A DNA stretch of 64,000 nt from Nitrososphaeria archaeon (GTDB lineage Archaea; Thermoproteota; Nitrososphaeria; Nitrososphaerales; JAAOZN01): NCBI GenBank assembly GCA_029775855.1, contig JARVJZ010000005.1, forward strand, positions 1 to 64,000, read 5' to 3'. The notes under the pieces were generated by a model, which worked only from the letters and a program-made list of their open reading frames with translations, was not told the DNA's origin and did not search any database. This document shows, piece after piece, positions 17,785-27,927 of this stretch (within the stretch, counting starts at the first letter, position 1; each line of letters starts with the position of its first letter). Made by a program: the position numbers and the translations under genes.

Positions 17785-19293
17785 CTAAGCCTCCCTTACT
17801 TTGATGGCTTCTGTTATACCCTGCCAGTACGCTAGGTTCGCTTTGCACCCTGGGTCTGGGGCTAGTATGTCCCCAAAGTAGTTGTATGCTCTTGCTCTGC
17901 AGCCGCCGCATATGTAGAGGTATTCGCAGCCCTTGCATCCTCCCCCTATGAGATCCTTCTCTCTAGTCTTATGCAATAAATTGGACTTCACCCAGAGCTG
18001 CTCGAAGTCATCTCGTATCAGGTTACCTATCTTCACCTCATCCACGTGTGGGAAGAAGACACACGGATAGATGTCACCATTAGGCTCCACCGAAACATAG
18101 AACCTTCCGGCACCACATCCACCAATAAAGTCTGCTAGCTTAGACAACTCACCTTGAAGCTTAGGGTTGTAGAAGTGTGTTGGGATAACTACACCATCAC
18201 ATTCAAGCGGCGCTGTGCCATTTGAACCTTGCATCTTCTCGGCAAGTTCCTTTTCAACTTCCTTCGCAACCCTAGCGTATTGAGGCGCTGTAGATAAAAT
18301 CTCAACCTTCTTTGTAGTCTTCCTCTTTAACCAAAGCGTCCTTAGTAGATGCTCACGCTCATCTGGTGTTAGGTCAGCAGCTACAATATCCCTCCCCCTA
18401 CCAGTGGGTATGAAGTTGTAGAGCATAAACCAATCCACACCCAGCTCATCACATAGATCGACTATTGCAGGAATCTCTTTGTAGTTGAAGTGTGTGCCTA
18501 CGCAAGCAACCTCAGTAAACATCCCTTCTGCTACACAGTTCTTTATACCCTGAATCGTCTTCTCAAATGCTCCTGGAACACCTCTGAACTCATCATGAGT
18601 AGCTGGGTTTAAACCATCAAGGCTTATCTGAACAAAGTTAAGACCAGCTTCTTTAAACTCCTTAACTCTATCTCGTGAAGCAAACACTAAGGCGTTGGTT
18701 GCGATAGCAACATATATTCCCTTATTTGAAGCGTATTTAATGAGTTTTAGAATGTCTGGTCTTACAGTAGGCTCTCCGCCTGAGAAGGCTATGCTCACCA
18801 CACCCGCTTTACTGAGCCTTTCTATGCCCATGAGTGCTTCCTCAGTTGTGAGTTCATCTGGCGCCGGTCTACCTGCGTTCTCGTAGCAGTGCTTACACCT
18901 TAGGTTGCAGAGCTTAGTAACATTCCACACTATTTGGAAAGGCGCTCCTGGTATGAACGGTCTGTGCACGCCGAAGTGGCTTATCCCCTTTATTACGTTA
19001 ACAAGTCCTCTACGCCAGTATGCGTCGCTGAACTTGCTCTTCATCTGCTCTTCGCTGGCTCCGAAGGCGTTTGCTCCACTTTTAACTACTCTTGAGACTA
19101 TCTTTTCTGCTGCTCGACACTTTAGGCAAGCGTCTTTTCTTACACCTATGTAGAGTTGCAGCGCGACTTCAAGCCTGTTTTCACTACACGTATAACAGTA
19201 GCTTGATATTCTTCTTAGAACCCAGCGGGCAAGAGGGTTATCAACAACGTTCTTGAAGAGTTTTATAGTATCGGTGGTACTCATAACCCTCAA
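17785..19293 (-). CDS. Radical SAM / SPASM protein with Cys-rich N-terminal extension
   Basis: CNLRCKHC, SGGEP, SPASM CGAG..PC...CKGC.....CGGC...DPGC; N-terminal CxxC...CxxC. Confidence 0.92.
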   Translation of the reverse strand: MRVMSTTDTIKLFKNVVDNPLARWVLRRISSYCYTCSENRLEVALQLYIGVRKDACLKCRAAEKIVSRVVKSGANAFGASEEQMKSKFSDAYWRRGLVNVIKGISHFGVHRPFIPGAPFQIVWNVTKLCNLRCKHCYENAGRPAPDELTTEEALMGIERLSKAGVVSIAFSGGEPTVRPDILKLIKYASNKGIYVAIATNALVFASRDRVKEFKEAGLNFVQISLDGLNPATHDEFRGVPGAFEKTIQGIKNCVAEGMFTEVACVGTHFNYKEIPAIVDLCDELGVDWFMLYNFIPTGRGRDIVAADLTPDEREHLLRTLWLKRKTTKKVEILSTAPQYARVAKEVEKELAEKMQGSNGTAPLECDGVVIPTHFYNPKLQGELSKLADFIGGCGAGRFYVSVEPNGDIYPCVFFPHVDEVKIGNLIRDDFEQLWVKSNLLHKTREKDLIGGGCKGCEYLYICGGCRARAYNYFGDILAPDPGCKANLAYWQGITEAIKVREA

Positions 19294-19491
19294 ATTTTAT
19301 GATGACTCTCTTATATTTTAGCTTATTCCCTAATATTGGATTCGTGCTTTGTTCCGCATTATGGTTAAGTAAATGTTAAGTTGCAGAGTTTAACTTGCAT
19401 TACGTTGAATCAGGTAATCTTTAGACGTAAGTGTGTTGAACCGGCGTATCAATATTTGAGGATTTGGGGTATTTGGCGAACGTTGGAGGAG

Positions 19492-19740
19492 TCAGGTATA
19501 GGCTTCGACTACACGCTTTTTTCTTCTGAATTCAAGCCACGCTTTTATGTATTCCTCCACAGCCTTCTTGTATACTGGGTCGCTCCACATTTCCTCTAGC
19601 CTTTCACACTCTCTATAGGAGCCTATAAAGCTGAAGTTTCTGGCAAGCTCTGCATATAGCTCTCGCTTGCTAAGCTCAGTCAGTTCGATACCTAACTCCA
19701 GCAGAATCCTACCTAACACCTTGATGGACAAAACCCACAA
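19492..19740 (-). CDS. Small hypothetical protein
   Basis: 82-aa ORF with charged helical composition filling the intergenic gap; start uncertain. Confidence 0.55.
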   Translation of the reverse strand: MWVLSIKVLGRILLELGIELTELSKRELYAELARNFSFIGSYRECERLEEMWSDPVYKKAVEEYIKAWLEFRRKKRVVEAYT

Positions 19741-19815
19741 ATAGTAGAATTAGTATAGGGCTATAAACTTGCGTGTTCAAATCTTAGTTAAATACCGCTT
19801 TTCAGCCGAGGTTGT

Positions 19816-20634
19816 TTAAGTTGCTTCCCCTAAGTATACATCTATTACCTGCTTGTTCTGGATAATTTCAGCCGGTGGACCTGAGGCGATGACCCTCCCC
19901 TTATGCATAGCGTAAACCCAATCGACGTAGTTTAAGATAACTTCCATTCTATGTTCAATGATGAATATTGTTAGGTTTTGTTCTCTTCTTAACTCGTATA
20001 TCTTCTTAAACATGTTCTCGACAAGTAATGGGCTGACGCCTGCTGCAGGCTCATCTACTAAAAGGGTTATCGGATCAGACATGAGGGCTCTTGCCAACTC
20101 AAGAAGCTTCATCTGTCCACCGGATAGATTTGATGCCGGTTGTGTCAGCACTTCGCTTAAACCAAGTAGCTCAGCTATGCTAAGCGCTTTTTCGATAAGA
20201 CTCTTTTCTTGCTCTATCCACGCGCTTCTTTTTAAGAAGACTTTAGTGAAAGTGTCCCCTATTTGATTTCTACCGGCAAGTAATATATTATCTATTACGG
20301 GTAGTTTGAAGAAGAGTCTAGGTACCTGAAAGGTCCTTACAAGACCTCGCTCGTAAACTTCATAGGGTTTAAGTCCGTCTATTCGCTCTCCCTTAAACCA
20401 GACCTCTCCAGAATCGGGTTTTAAAGCGCCTGCTATGACATTAAAGAGCGTAGTCTTTCCGCTACCATTTGGTCCTATAAGCCCAACTATCTTACCCTTC
20501 TCCACAGACAAAGTTGCGCCATCTAGAGCCTTCAGTCCACCAAAGCTTTTGTGCACATCTTTAATGGCGAGTATTGGCATAGACTGTCCAACTTCGTCGG
20601 GTTGATGTAAGGTTTTGCTGCCTTCTTTACTCAT
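19816..20634 (-). CDS. livG: Branched-chain amino acid ABC ATPase
   Basis: GPNGSGKTT, RTFQ, LSGGQMKLLE, DEPAAG, IIEH, VIDVYLG. Confidence 0.9.
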   Translation of the reverse strand: MSKEGSKTLHQPDEVGQSMPILAIKDVHKSFGGLKALDGATLSVEKGKIVGLIGPNGSGKTTLFNVIAGALKPDSGEVWFKGERIDGLKPYEVYERGLVRTFQVPRLFFKLPVIDNILLAGRNQIGDTFTKVFLKRSAWIEQEKSLIEKALSIAELLGLSEVLTQPASNLSGGQMKLLELARALMSDPITLLVDEPAAGVSPLLVENMFKKIYELRREQNLTIFIIEHRMEVILNYVDWVYAMHKGRVIASGPPAEIIQNKQVIDVYLGEAT

Positions 20635-20774
20635 AGATAAGCCTCTAATTTTTCAACATATAAGTATTAACTTTTTTGAATGTTTGAATTGCCATTTCGG
20701 TTTAATCGCTTATCTAGATTGTTGAACTAGATTTTAGGAAGATTTAAGTAGGAGCGTTTTGCACAAAGCAATCG

Positions 20775-22208
20775 ATGTATATGGTTAAGGGAAGTTTTTC
20801 AGCTGTAACGAGGTTAGAGTCCGCTTTGGTGATAGTAGTCATAATCTTGGCTATTCTAGCTGGTGTAGGGTATTGGCAGGCTGCTACAGTAGCGCCAGCA
20901 ATAACGACTTCGACGCAGACCATACACCATACAATAACTCAAACATCAACCGTCACACAGACTACAACATTAGCTCCTGGTGCCACAGCTACAGTAACCC
21001 AAACCGTAACTCAGCCACCCACAACACTAACAGCTACAGTAACCCAAACCGCAACATCAACAGTCACCACTACAGTTACAGCCAAAGAAGCTGCTTTGCC
21101 GCCCGTGATAAAGATAGGTGTGTTGATGCCTCTAAGCGGCCCCTTAGCTGGTCCAGGCTCAGGTATGGCTTTAGCTGCTCACGTTGCTGCAAAGCAGGTG
21201 AATGATACAGGCGGAATAGCTGGTAGACCAATTAAGCTGATTGTTGAAGATGTGGCTGTAGATCCTAAGATGGCTTCAGACGCTGTGCAGAAGCTTGTTG
21301 AGATAGATGGTGTGCAGGTGGTGATAGGTCCCCCTACTTCCGCTCAAGTCCTCTCTATTGCACCCTACGTTAACGCTAGGAAGGTTGTCCTCATAACCCC
21401 TTCAGCCACTTCTGGTCAGATAACAGAACTAGGAGATGATTATATCTTCCGTACCGTCGCATCAGACAGGCTACAGGCTAGAGCGGTGAGTGAATACATC
21501 AAATTTATGGGATTTAAGAGGGTCGCACTCTTTGTTAGAAATGACGCGTATGGTAGAGGGCTTGCAAGCGACATTCAAGCTTACGTGCCTGATAGAGTAG
21601 TTAAAGAAGGTGTAGTGTTTTATGAGACTGGGAAGAGCGATTATACAACAGAGCTGCAGCAAATAAAAGCTAGTGCTCCTGATGCGGTCTTTTACGCCAC
21701 TTTCGTTGCTGACGGCTTCGTCGCCTTTAAACAAGCTCTTACACTCGGATTAGATAAGATACCTAGCTTAGCCCCACAGGAAGAGCGTGATATCTCATTT
21801 TATAAAGATCCTCTGGCGGCTGAGTTCATGGTTACAACCAAAATGACAGGCTTCGCACCAGTATCCCTAAGTGGGACACCATCCTATGTGAGGTTCGCAG
21901 AAGCCTACAAGAAAATAGTAGGTAAAGAAGCGGGCCTCTACACAGGTCAGACCTACGACGCAACTATGCTTGCTATCCTAGCAATAGCGAAGGCTGGAGT
22001 CTATGAAGGGCCGAAGATCAAGGAGGCCCTTCAATTGGTAAGCCAGACCTATAACGGTCCAGCTGGCTACTTAGCATTTGACAAAAATGGTGATGTGACA
22101 GAAATATCGTGGGAGATGTGGCGAGCAGTTAAGACACCTCAAGGCGAATACACATTTGAAGTTATAGGCAGATTTGACCCGGTTCAAGGTATAATATTAA
22201 CCAAATAG
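20775..22208 (+). CDS. Liv/HAAT family ABC substrate-binding protein with Thr-rich linker
   Basis: N-terminal TM, long T-rich linker, IKIGVLMPLSG, GGIAGRPIKL..ED, FRT..SD..Q, YDA, FDKNGD. Confidence 0.9.
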   Translation: MYMVKGSFSAVTRLESALVIVVIILAILAGVGYWQAATVAPAITTSTQTIHHTITQTSTVTQTTTLAPGATATVTQTVTQPPTTLTATVTQTATSTVTTTVTAKEAALPPVIKIGVLMPLSGPLAGPGSGMALAAHVAAKQVNDTGGIAGRPIKLIVEDVAVDPKMASDAVQKLVEIDGVQVVIGPPTSAQVLSIAPYVNARKVVLITPSATSGQITELGDDYIFRTVASDRLQARAVSEYIKFMGFKRVALFVRNDAYGRGLASDIQAYVPDRVVKEGVVFYETGKSDYTTELQQIKASAPDAVFYATFVADGFVAFKQALTLGLDKIPSLAPQEERDISFYKDPLAAEFMVTTKMTGFAPVSLSGTPSYVRFAEAYKKIVGKEAGLYTGQTYDATMLAILAIAKAGVYEGPKIKEALQLVSQTYNGPAGYLAFDKNGDVTEISWEMWRAVKTPQGEYTFEVIGRFDPVQGIILTK

Positions 22209-22292
22209 ATAGGGGCTAAATCGAGCTAGGTTGCGTCGAGGGTGGGACTCACCTACTGTTAAGCCTTTAATACAAATTAGAAGAAAGGTGAA

Positions 22293-23219
22293 GTGTTGGT
22301 TCAAGTCGACGTATTACAGCTATTGTTGAATAGCGCCTTCACAGCCTCAATCTACATTCTTTCGACGACTGGTTTTTCACTAGTCTATAGCCTTGAGCGT
22401 TTCCCAAATATTGCTCACGTGCAGTTCTTTACACTGGGGGCCTATGCTGGACTCCTCTCTGTAAATGTTTTGAAATGGGGTTTTATCAGCGGATTGCTTC
22501 TCAGTTTTGTATTATGTGGAGCTATAGCGCTATTATCATACTATGTAATCTTCAGAAGCCTAAAGGCTAGAGAAGCAGGGCTTGTACATCTCATCGTTGC
22601 GTCAGTAGGCTACGGGACTGTTCTGATGTATCTCATGCAGCAAATCTTTGGTAGAGACATACATATAATCCAGTACCCATTTTACCCCATTGAAGTTGGG
22701 TCTGTGCGCTTTACATGGCTTTGGATCTACACAATCTTATTTGCAGCTCTCACTTCAATCGCGCTGCATCTTGTCTTCACCAAAACTAAGATTGGACGCG
22801 CGATAAGGGCGTTATCTAACAACCCACCGTTAGCTATGGCATCAGGCATAAATGCGGATAAGATATCTGGGATAGTCTGGTTTATAGGCGGTGCTTTAGC
22901 TGGGATAGGTGGCGTGCTTCAGGGTGCAAATATAAGAGTCGTTCCAACCCTAGGCTTTGAACTGCTTGTTCCCACGATAGCTGTTGCTGTGCTTGGTGGA
23001 CTTGGAAGCTTTTATGGGGTGCTCGCAGCTGCTTTAGTGCTGGGGCTTGCAGAAAACTTCAGTGTGCCTCTGCTGCTCTATCTAACATTACCTACAGATT
23101 TAAGGTTTGTAATAGGGTATATTGTTGTAGTAGCAGTTTTGGTGAGAGCCACAACTTCTAAGCAGCTTAGGATACGTATATTCACAAGCCTAAAGAGGCG
23201 AATATTATGGTTAACATAG
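22293..23219 (+). CDS. livH: Branched-chain amino acid ABC permease
   Basis: GFSLVY...PNIAH, TKIGRAIRA..N..LA..SGIN, LGGLGS. Confidence 0.88.
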   Translation: MLVQVDVLQLLLNSAFTASIYILSTTGFSLVYSLERFPNIAHVQFFTLGAYAGLLSVNVLKWGFISGLLLSFVLCGAIALLSYYVIFRSLKAREAGLVHLIVASVGYGTVLMYLMQQIFGRDIHIIQYPFYPIEVGSVRFTWLWIYTILFAALTSIALHLVFTKTKIGRAIRALSNNPPLAMASGINADKISGIVWFIGGALAGIGGVLQGANIRVVPTLGFELLVPTIAVAVLGGLGSFYGVLAAALVLGLAENFSVPLLLYLTLPTDLRFVIGYIVVVAVLVRATTSKQLRIRIFTSLKRRILWLT

Positions 23220-24169
23220 TAGCATATGGGTTAGATGTGGTCTTTTACATAGGCTTGTATTCAATTCTGACTTTAAGTCTTAACCTAGAATACGGCTTCA
23301 CAGGTCTATCAAACTTTGGAGTTGTAGCTTTCTTTATGGTTGGTGCCTACACTTGGGCGGTTACAACGATGGCTGGTACCCCGGCTATATTGGCTTTCAT
23401 CGCATCTATGCTCGCCGCCGGCGTAATCGGTTTTTTGGTTTCGCTTCCAGCTTTAAGGCTTAGGGGGGACTACCTTGCTCTCGCAACGTTTGTCTTCGCT
23501 GAGATTATGAGGCTAATAATTATGAATATAAAGGCTTTAGGCGGTGCGGTAGGGATGCCGTTCGTCCCACAGATTTTTCCTATGCAGGAGATCAGTCGAG
23601 AAGCGTATGTAGTGGCGAATACGATCTTAGTTTACTCTGTGCTTTTGACCTTTATGCTTCTAACCTACACCTTACTTCATTCACCATTTGGCAGAACTAT
23701 ATTAGCTTTAAGAGAGGATGAGGAGGCTGCTCAGGCATTAGGTAAGAATAGCACACGCTATAAATATCAAATCTTCTTTCTAGGCTCAGTTATGTGTGGT
23801 GCTGCTGGTGCGCTCTACGCACAGTATCTAGGCTTCACAGGTGTAGACCTATTTACATTAACAGTAACATTTTCTGTGTGGATAATGTGTATAATCGGCG
23901 GCTCGGATAGCCTACTTGGTGCTGTTGTAGGCGCTGCTATCGTTGAGTTGCTCTCCCGAAGCTTAAGGGTGGCCAAAGACTACTTTATGGTACCTATCGA
24001 CCCAAATAACCTGATGCTAATACTTACAGGCGTACTTATGGTTTTATTCATACTTTATAAACCAACAGGCATAATTCCAGCTATAAGAGTTAAGCTTAGG
24101 CATAGCGGTGTACTGGTTGAGAAAGGTGGAAGACGGTTAATACACTCCTCGGTAAAAAAGGATGAGTAA
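23207..24169 (+). CDS. livM: Branched-chain amino acid ABC permease
   Basis: LNLEYGFTGLSNFG, LRLRGDYLALAT, SPFGR...ALREDE.AA.ALG, KPTGI. Confidence 0.9.
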   Translation: MVNIVAYGLDVVFYIGLYSILTLSLNLEYGFTGLSNFGVVAFFMVGAYTWAVTTMAGTPAILAFIASMLAAGVIGFLVSLPALRLRGDYLALATFVFAEIMRLIIMNIKALGGAVGMPFVPQIFPMQEISREAYVVANTILVYSVLLTFMLLTYTLLHSPFGRTILALREDEEAAQALGKNSTRYKYQIFFLGSVMCGAAGALYAQYLGFTGVDLFTLTVTFSVWIMCIIGGSDSLLGAVVGAAIVELLSRSLRVAKDYFMVPIDPNNLMLILTGVLMVLFILYKPTGIIPAIRVKLRHSGVLVEKGGRRLIHSSVKKDE

Positions 24170-24192
24170 TTAGCTTTCTTTCATTCGTAAGA

Positions 24193-25194
24193 CTAAACGT
24201 TTTCTTTGAAGTAAGGTATAACCTTCTTACCTACTATTTGAATAGCTTCTTCTGGGTCTGGTCCTAACGGTCCTCCTATCGATATCTGCGATATGCCTAC
24301 TTTTCTGAGTTTATCCACGGCTTCAATCAACTCTTTAGCTCCACCGATTATGGCAAGCCTCAGCATGCTGTCATTAACCAAACATATAGCTTTGTCGATG
24401 TATCCTCTGCTAACTAGCTTTTTGATCTCGTCAAAGTCGTGTGGTGTTAAGTTGATTTTAGCGAGTGCTTCTGCTTCAAGGTATGGGCCGAAGTAAGCTA
24501 TCATTCTCTTTAGCGTTTCTTCTGCAACTTTACTGCTTTCAGATATCGATGCCCAACATAGGCCAGCAATGTCAATCTCATCAAATCTCTTACCAGCCTT
24601 CTCTGCACCCTCCTTTACACAGCGCACAACGTAGTCAGCTGCATCAGGGGGTGTAAGCATTGGAAGGCTACCATCGCCTAGTTCACCGCTTAAAGCGTGT
24701 GTGCTTCTGCTGTAGCCTGCTACGTATATTGGTGTCTTTGTTTGCGGTGTAAATCTTAGGTAGCATTCGTCAGACCATTTATAGAACTTCCCTTTATAAC
24801 CAGCGTTTTCACCGCGAAATAGAGCTCTAAGAATGCTTACGCCTTCTCTCAACCTTCCTTCTATATCAGAGGCATCGTAGCCTAACCATCTAACCATCTC
24901 CTCAGTATGCAACCCAAAGCCCAGCACACCTCTCCCTGCTGAAAGTTCTTGTAGAGTTGCCATATGTGTAGCGATCTCAGAGAGATCAGTGGTGTAAGGG
25001 TTTGTTCCTACAACGCCAAGTTTTATCTTATTCGTCAACTTTGCTAAAGCTGCCATAAGAGTCCAAGGGTTTCTCATGAAAGGGTCGTGAGGAAACCAAC
25101 AGAAGTCGAAGCCGCTCTTTTCAGCTAGGACGCCTAACTCTATTAACCTATTGGCATCACCAAGGTAGCCGATGAGGCGTATTCCGAATAGCAA
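24193..25194 (-). CDS. Luciferase-like (LLM) flavin/F420-dependent oxidoreductase, Mer-like
   Basis: AEKSGFDFCW, T.KIKLG..TNPY, TLQELS.GR..LGFG, GE.GDG, GGPLGPD. Confidence 0.85.
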   Translation of the reverse strand: MLFGIRLIGYLGDANRLIELGVLAEKSGFDFCWFPHDPFMRNPWTLMAALAKLTNKIKLGVVGTNPYTTDLSEIATHMATLQELSAGRGVLGFGLHTEEMVRWLGYDASDIEGRLREGVSILRALFRGENAGYKGKFYKWSDECYLRFTPQTKTPIYVAGYSRSTHALSGELGDGSLPMLTPPDAADYVVRCVKEGAEKAGKRFDEIDIAGLCWASISESSKVAEETLKRMIAYFGPYLEAEALAKINLTPHDFDEIKKLVSRGYIDKAICLVNDSMLRLAIIGGAKELIEAVDKLRKVGISQISIGGPLGPDPEEAIQIVGKKVIPYFKENV

Positions 25195-25199
25195 ACTAC

Positions 25200-26207
25200 T
25201 TACCTCTTTTGTTCTTTAAAATATGGAATTATTCTCTGCCCTATCAGTTTCACAGCTTCTTCAGGTTCAGGACCAAGAGGGCCTCCTATAGAGATGTGTG
25301 TGATACCCTTCTTCTCTAACCAGCAGATCTTCTCCAGACATTCATCAGGTTTACCCACTATAGCAAGCTTAAACATGTTATCGCTTACAAGCCTTTTTGC
25401 GCCTTCTAAATCTCCTTTTGAGAGCTTGGCCTTGATCGGCGTAAAGTCAGCTGCGCTAAGCCCCACATAGTTTAACGCTTCTTCTTCAAGGTATGGGCCG
25501 AAATGCGCTATAACCGATTTAAGAACATCTCCAGCTACTCGACCGTCTTTTGATATAGAAGTCCAGATGAGCCCTACAACGTCTACATCTTCTATCCTTC
25601 TTCTAGCCTTGGCGATGCCTGCGTGGATGTGTTTAAGCACATAATCCACTGACTCTGGTGGTGTAAGCATAGGTAGGCTGCCGTCTCCTATTTCGCCTGA
25701 AAGCTCTAGAAGCTCTTTCCCAAATGCTGAGATGTAAATTGGTACTTTGCTTCTGTAGGGTTTGAAGCGTAGGTAGCATTCGGATGTCCAGTTGAACTGT
25801 GAGCCTTTAAATTCGCAGCTTTCTCCGCTTAATGCCCTGCGGATAAGTAATACATATTCACGTAGAATGGGTGTTATCTTTTTGCTACCTAGACCTATCC
25901 AGTCAAACATGCGGTCTGAATGTGTGCCTAAGCCTATAACACATCTGCCGCGGCTATATTCATCTAACGTAGCGGCTAGCGTTATAACCTCTGAGGGGTC
26001 GATTGTATAGGGCTTGAAGTTTAAGCCGAGTCTTATCCTCCTTGTTAGGGAAGATAGGGCTGTTGCGGTCACCCAACTGTTCCTCATGAATGGGTCGTGT
26101 GCAAACCAGCAGAACTCGAAACCCATCTTTTCCGCCAAAGCACCTAAGTTAACTAACTTCGTCGTGTCACCGATGTATCCGCCTAAGAGCCTTAGACCAA
26201 AGATCAA
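25200..26207 (-). CDS. Luciferase-like (LLM) oxidoreductase, paralog of the adjacent gene
   Basis: Same motifs; shares HDPFMRN, ECYLRF, GDGSLPMLTPP, FGPYLE.EAL with 24193..25194. Confidence 0.85.
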   Translation of the reverse strand: MIFGLRLLGGYIGDTTKLVNLGALAEKMGFEFCWFAHDPFMRNSWVTATALSSLTRRIRLGLNFKPYTIDPSEVITLAATLDEYSRGRCVIGLGTHSDRMFDWIGLGSKKITPILREYVLLIRRALSGESCEFKGSQFNWTSECYLRFKPYRSKVPIYISAFGKELLELSGEIGDGSLPMLTPPESVDYVLKHIHAGIAKARRRIEDVDVVGLIWTSISKDGRVAGDVLKSVIAHFGPYLEEEALNYVGLSAADFTPIKAKLSKGDLEGAKRLVSDNMFKLAIVGKPDECLEKICWLEKKGITHISIGGPLGPEPEEAVKLIGQRIIPYFKEQKR

Positions 26208-26601
26208 GGCGCATCATTTGCTATATAGTTTCTTACTTTTAAGCGGTTTGATCCTATACCTTCTCTTCTAGCCTTATCATGTTTGTTTTTCATAAAACGG
26301 ATCTGTATGCATCTTTTTTTCAGGTTGAAAGATTGGCTCCGTCAGAGAGTTGATTACAACTTCAAGTTTGAATTTGAGCTACGCATATATTTTGTATTAT
26401 TGTAGAAGAGGTGTTGAGGAAACTTGCTACCTCTCTAATGAGATTAGATATACTATTCTTAGCTACGCGGGTAAGGAGTATCATAAAGTTCAGAGAATGA
26501 TGCGGCAACGGCTATAGGTTAGTGGTATCTCTTATCACATAGGGCTATAGTGCTAAGCGCTTGAAATCAGCACTCAGCGTGTCTATTCTTGAACTTGCTC
26601 T

Positions 26602-27927
26602 TCAGCCGCATTGTAGCCCATTAACTCTTATGAACGGTCCTCCCTCAGATATCCTGCTTCCCTTCTCAAAGTTTGGTCTCAGACGCACCACTCTGCCTAC
26701 GGCGTCGATGCGCTTTAAAATCGTCGTCAGTTCTCCTCTTAGCCTCAGCCATCTTATTGGCTTCTTCAGCTCCTTATCCTCCACAAGATACGCTATCTCA
26801 GGTATGAGCTCAAATGTGCCGTCTGATAGGTCTATGTCAGCTCTAACAACACCCTCAGCATATATGCCGCTTCTCATATCTTGTATCATTTCATCAAACC
26901 TCCAATCTGAGGATGCGAAGAAGATGTTGCTCATCGAAGGTGTTGGAAGGGTGCGTTCGCCTCTTGCATTACCAGCTTCTCTTCCATCGGATGTGGTTAA
27001 ACGTGTATGTAGCCCCTTCACTTCGTCTCTTGAAAGCAGAACCTTCCTCCTACCACTAACACCTTCACAATCCCAGGCGAAGGAGCCGTAGCCGGTTGGT
27101 AGAGTGGGGTCGTCAACCACCTTAACATCTTCAGCGATGTCGAGACCCATCATTTTGTTCACCCAAGCCCTGCTCTCCAAGAGGTGTGCAACTTCGTGCG
27201 CTAATGCGCCGGCAGCCTCCTCGTTTAAAACGACTTTGAGGTGTCTACCCCTTAGCAGTGGAGGTAGCAGCGTTGTTTGAAGCTGGTTTACAGCCCTAAC
27301 CGCTAGCTCTTCGATGATCTTACCCCAGTCCTTTGACGCAAATACTTCAAACCCTCCGAGCCCTCCAACTATGGAGCTTGCATAGCCTGTTCTGAAGCCT
27401 CTTGAAGCCAAATAGATGACTATATCTGTTAGAGGCACCTCTTCGTAGACATCCGTCCCCTCACAGGTTACTAGATGAGAGCGTATTATGCTATGTGAGA
27501 TCACGATCTCTGAGCGCGCGTAGGAGGAGCCTAGCTTCTCCTTTAACTCACTTCTGATCTGCGTAAGCAGCGTAGCGGCTTCATCCTCCTCAAACACTTT
27601 AGCGCAGAGGTGTCTTCTTCTCCCATACTCTATGTCAACAGGCGCTAAGTTGACAGACTCTTTTTGGAGGCGTGAGAGCTTCTGGGCCAAGGCGATGATG
27701 GATCTAATGCTTCCCTCGTCGGCTTTAGTTGATGAAGCTACACCATAACCATGTTGAGCAGCTCTACATGTTATAAATTCTTCCTCGCCCTTAATATTTT
27801 CGAAAGATTCTTCTCTAAGCGCAAGCTGCCAAGAAGATTCCCTTTGGTAACGTAGATCTATGTAGCCCCCGCTAACTGCTTCGCTAAGATACTTACTTAG
27901 ATCTACTCTATGGCTCTCGCTAAGCAT
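26602..27927 (-). CDS. TldD/PmbA family metalloprotease
   Basis: GALAHEVAH, VVDDPT..GYGSF.WD.EG, GNAR, P.MSN, GGPFIR. Confidence 0.85.
   Translation of the reverse strand: MLSESHRVDLSKYLSEAVSGGYIDLRYQRESSWQLALREESFENIKGEEEFITCRAAQHGYGVASSTKADEGSIRSIIALAQKLSRLQKESVNLAPVDIEYGRRRHLCAKVFEEDEAATLLTQIRSELKEKLGSSYARSEIVISHSIIRSHLVTCEGTDVYEEVPLTDIVIYLASRGFRTGYASSIVGGLGGFEVFASKDWGKIIEELAVRAVNQLQTTLLPPLLRGRHLKVVLNEEAAGALAHEVAHLLESRAWVNKMMGLDIAEDVKVVDDPTLPTGYGSFAWDCEGVSGRRKVLLSRDEVKGLHTRLTTSDGREAGNARGERTLPTPSMSNIFFASSDWRFDEMIQDMRSGIYAEGVVRADIDLSDGTFELIPEIAYLVEDKELKKPIRWLRLRGELTTILKRIDAVGRVVRLRPNFEKGSRISEGGPFIRVNGLQCG

Noticed and set aside
26210-26600. ~390-nt intergenic region as a possible ncRNA or riboswitch
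   Set aside because: AT-rich with no stable stems or known motif that I could identify
15449-27927. RiPP cluster built from ThiF, rSAM/SPASM and TldD
   Set aside because: No convincing precursor peptide or RRE; TldD is 7 kb away, and ThiF looks like the housekeeping E1 with its own TATA-like element
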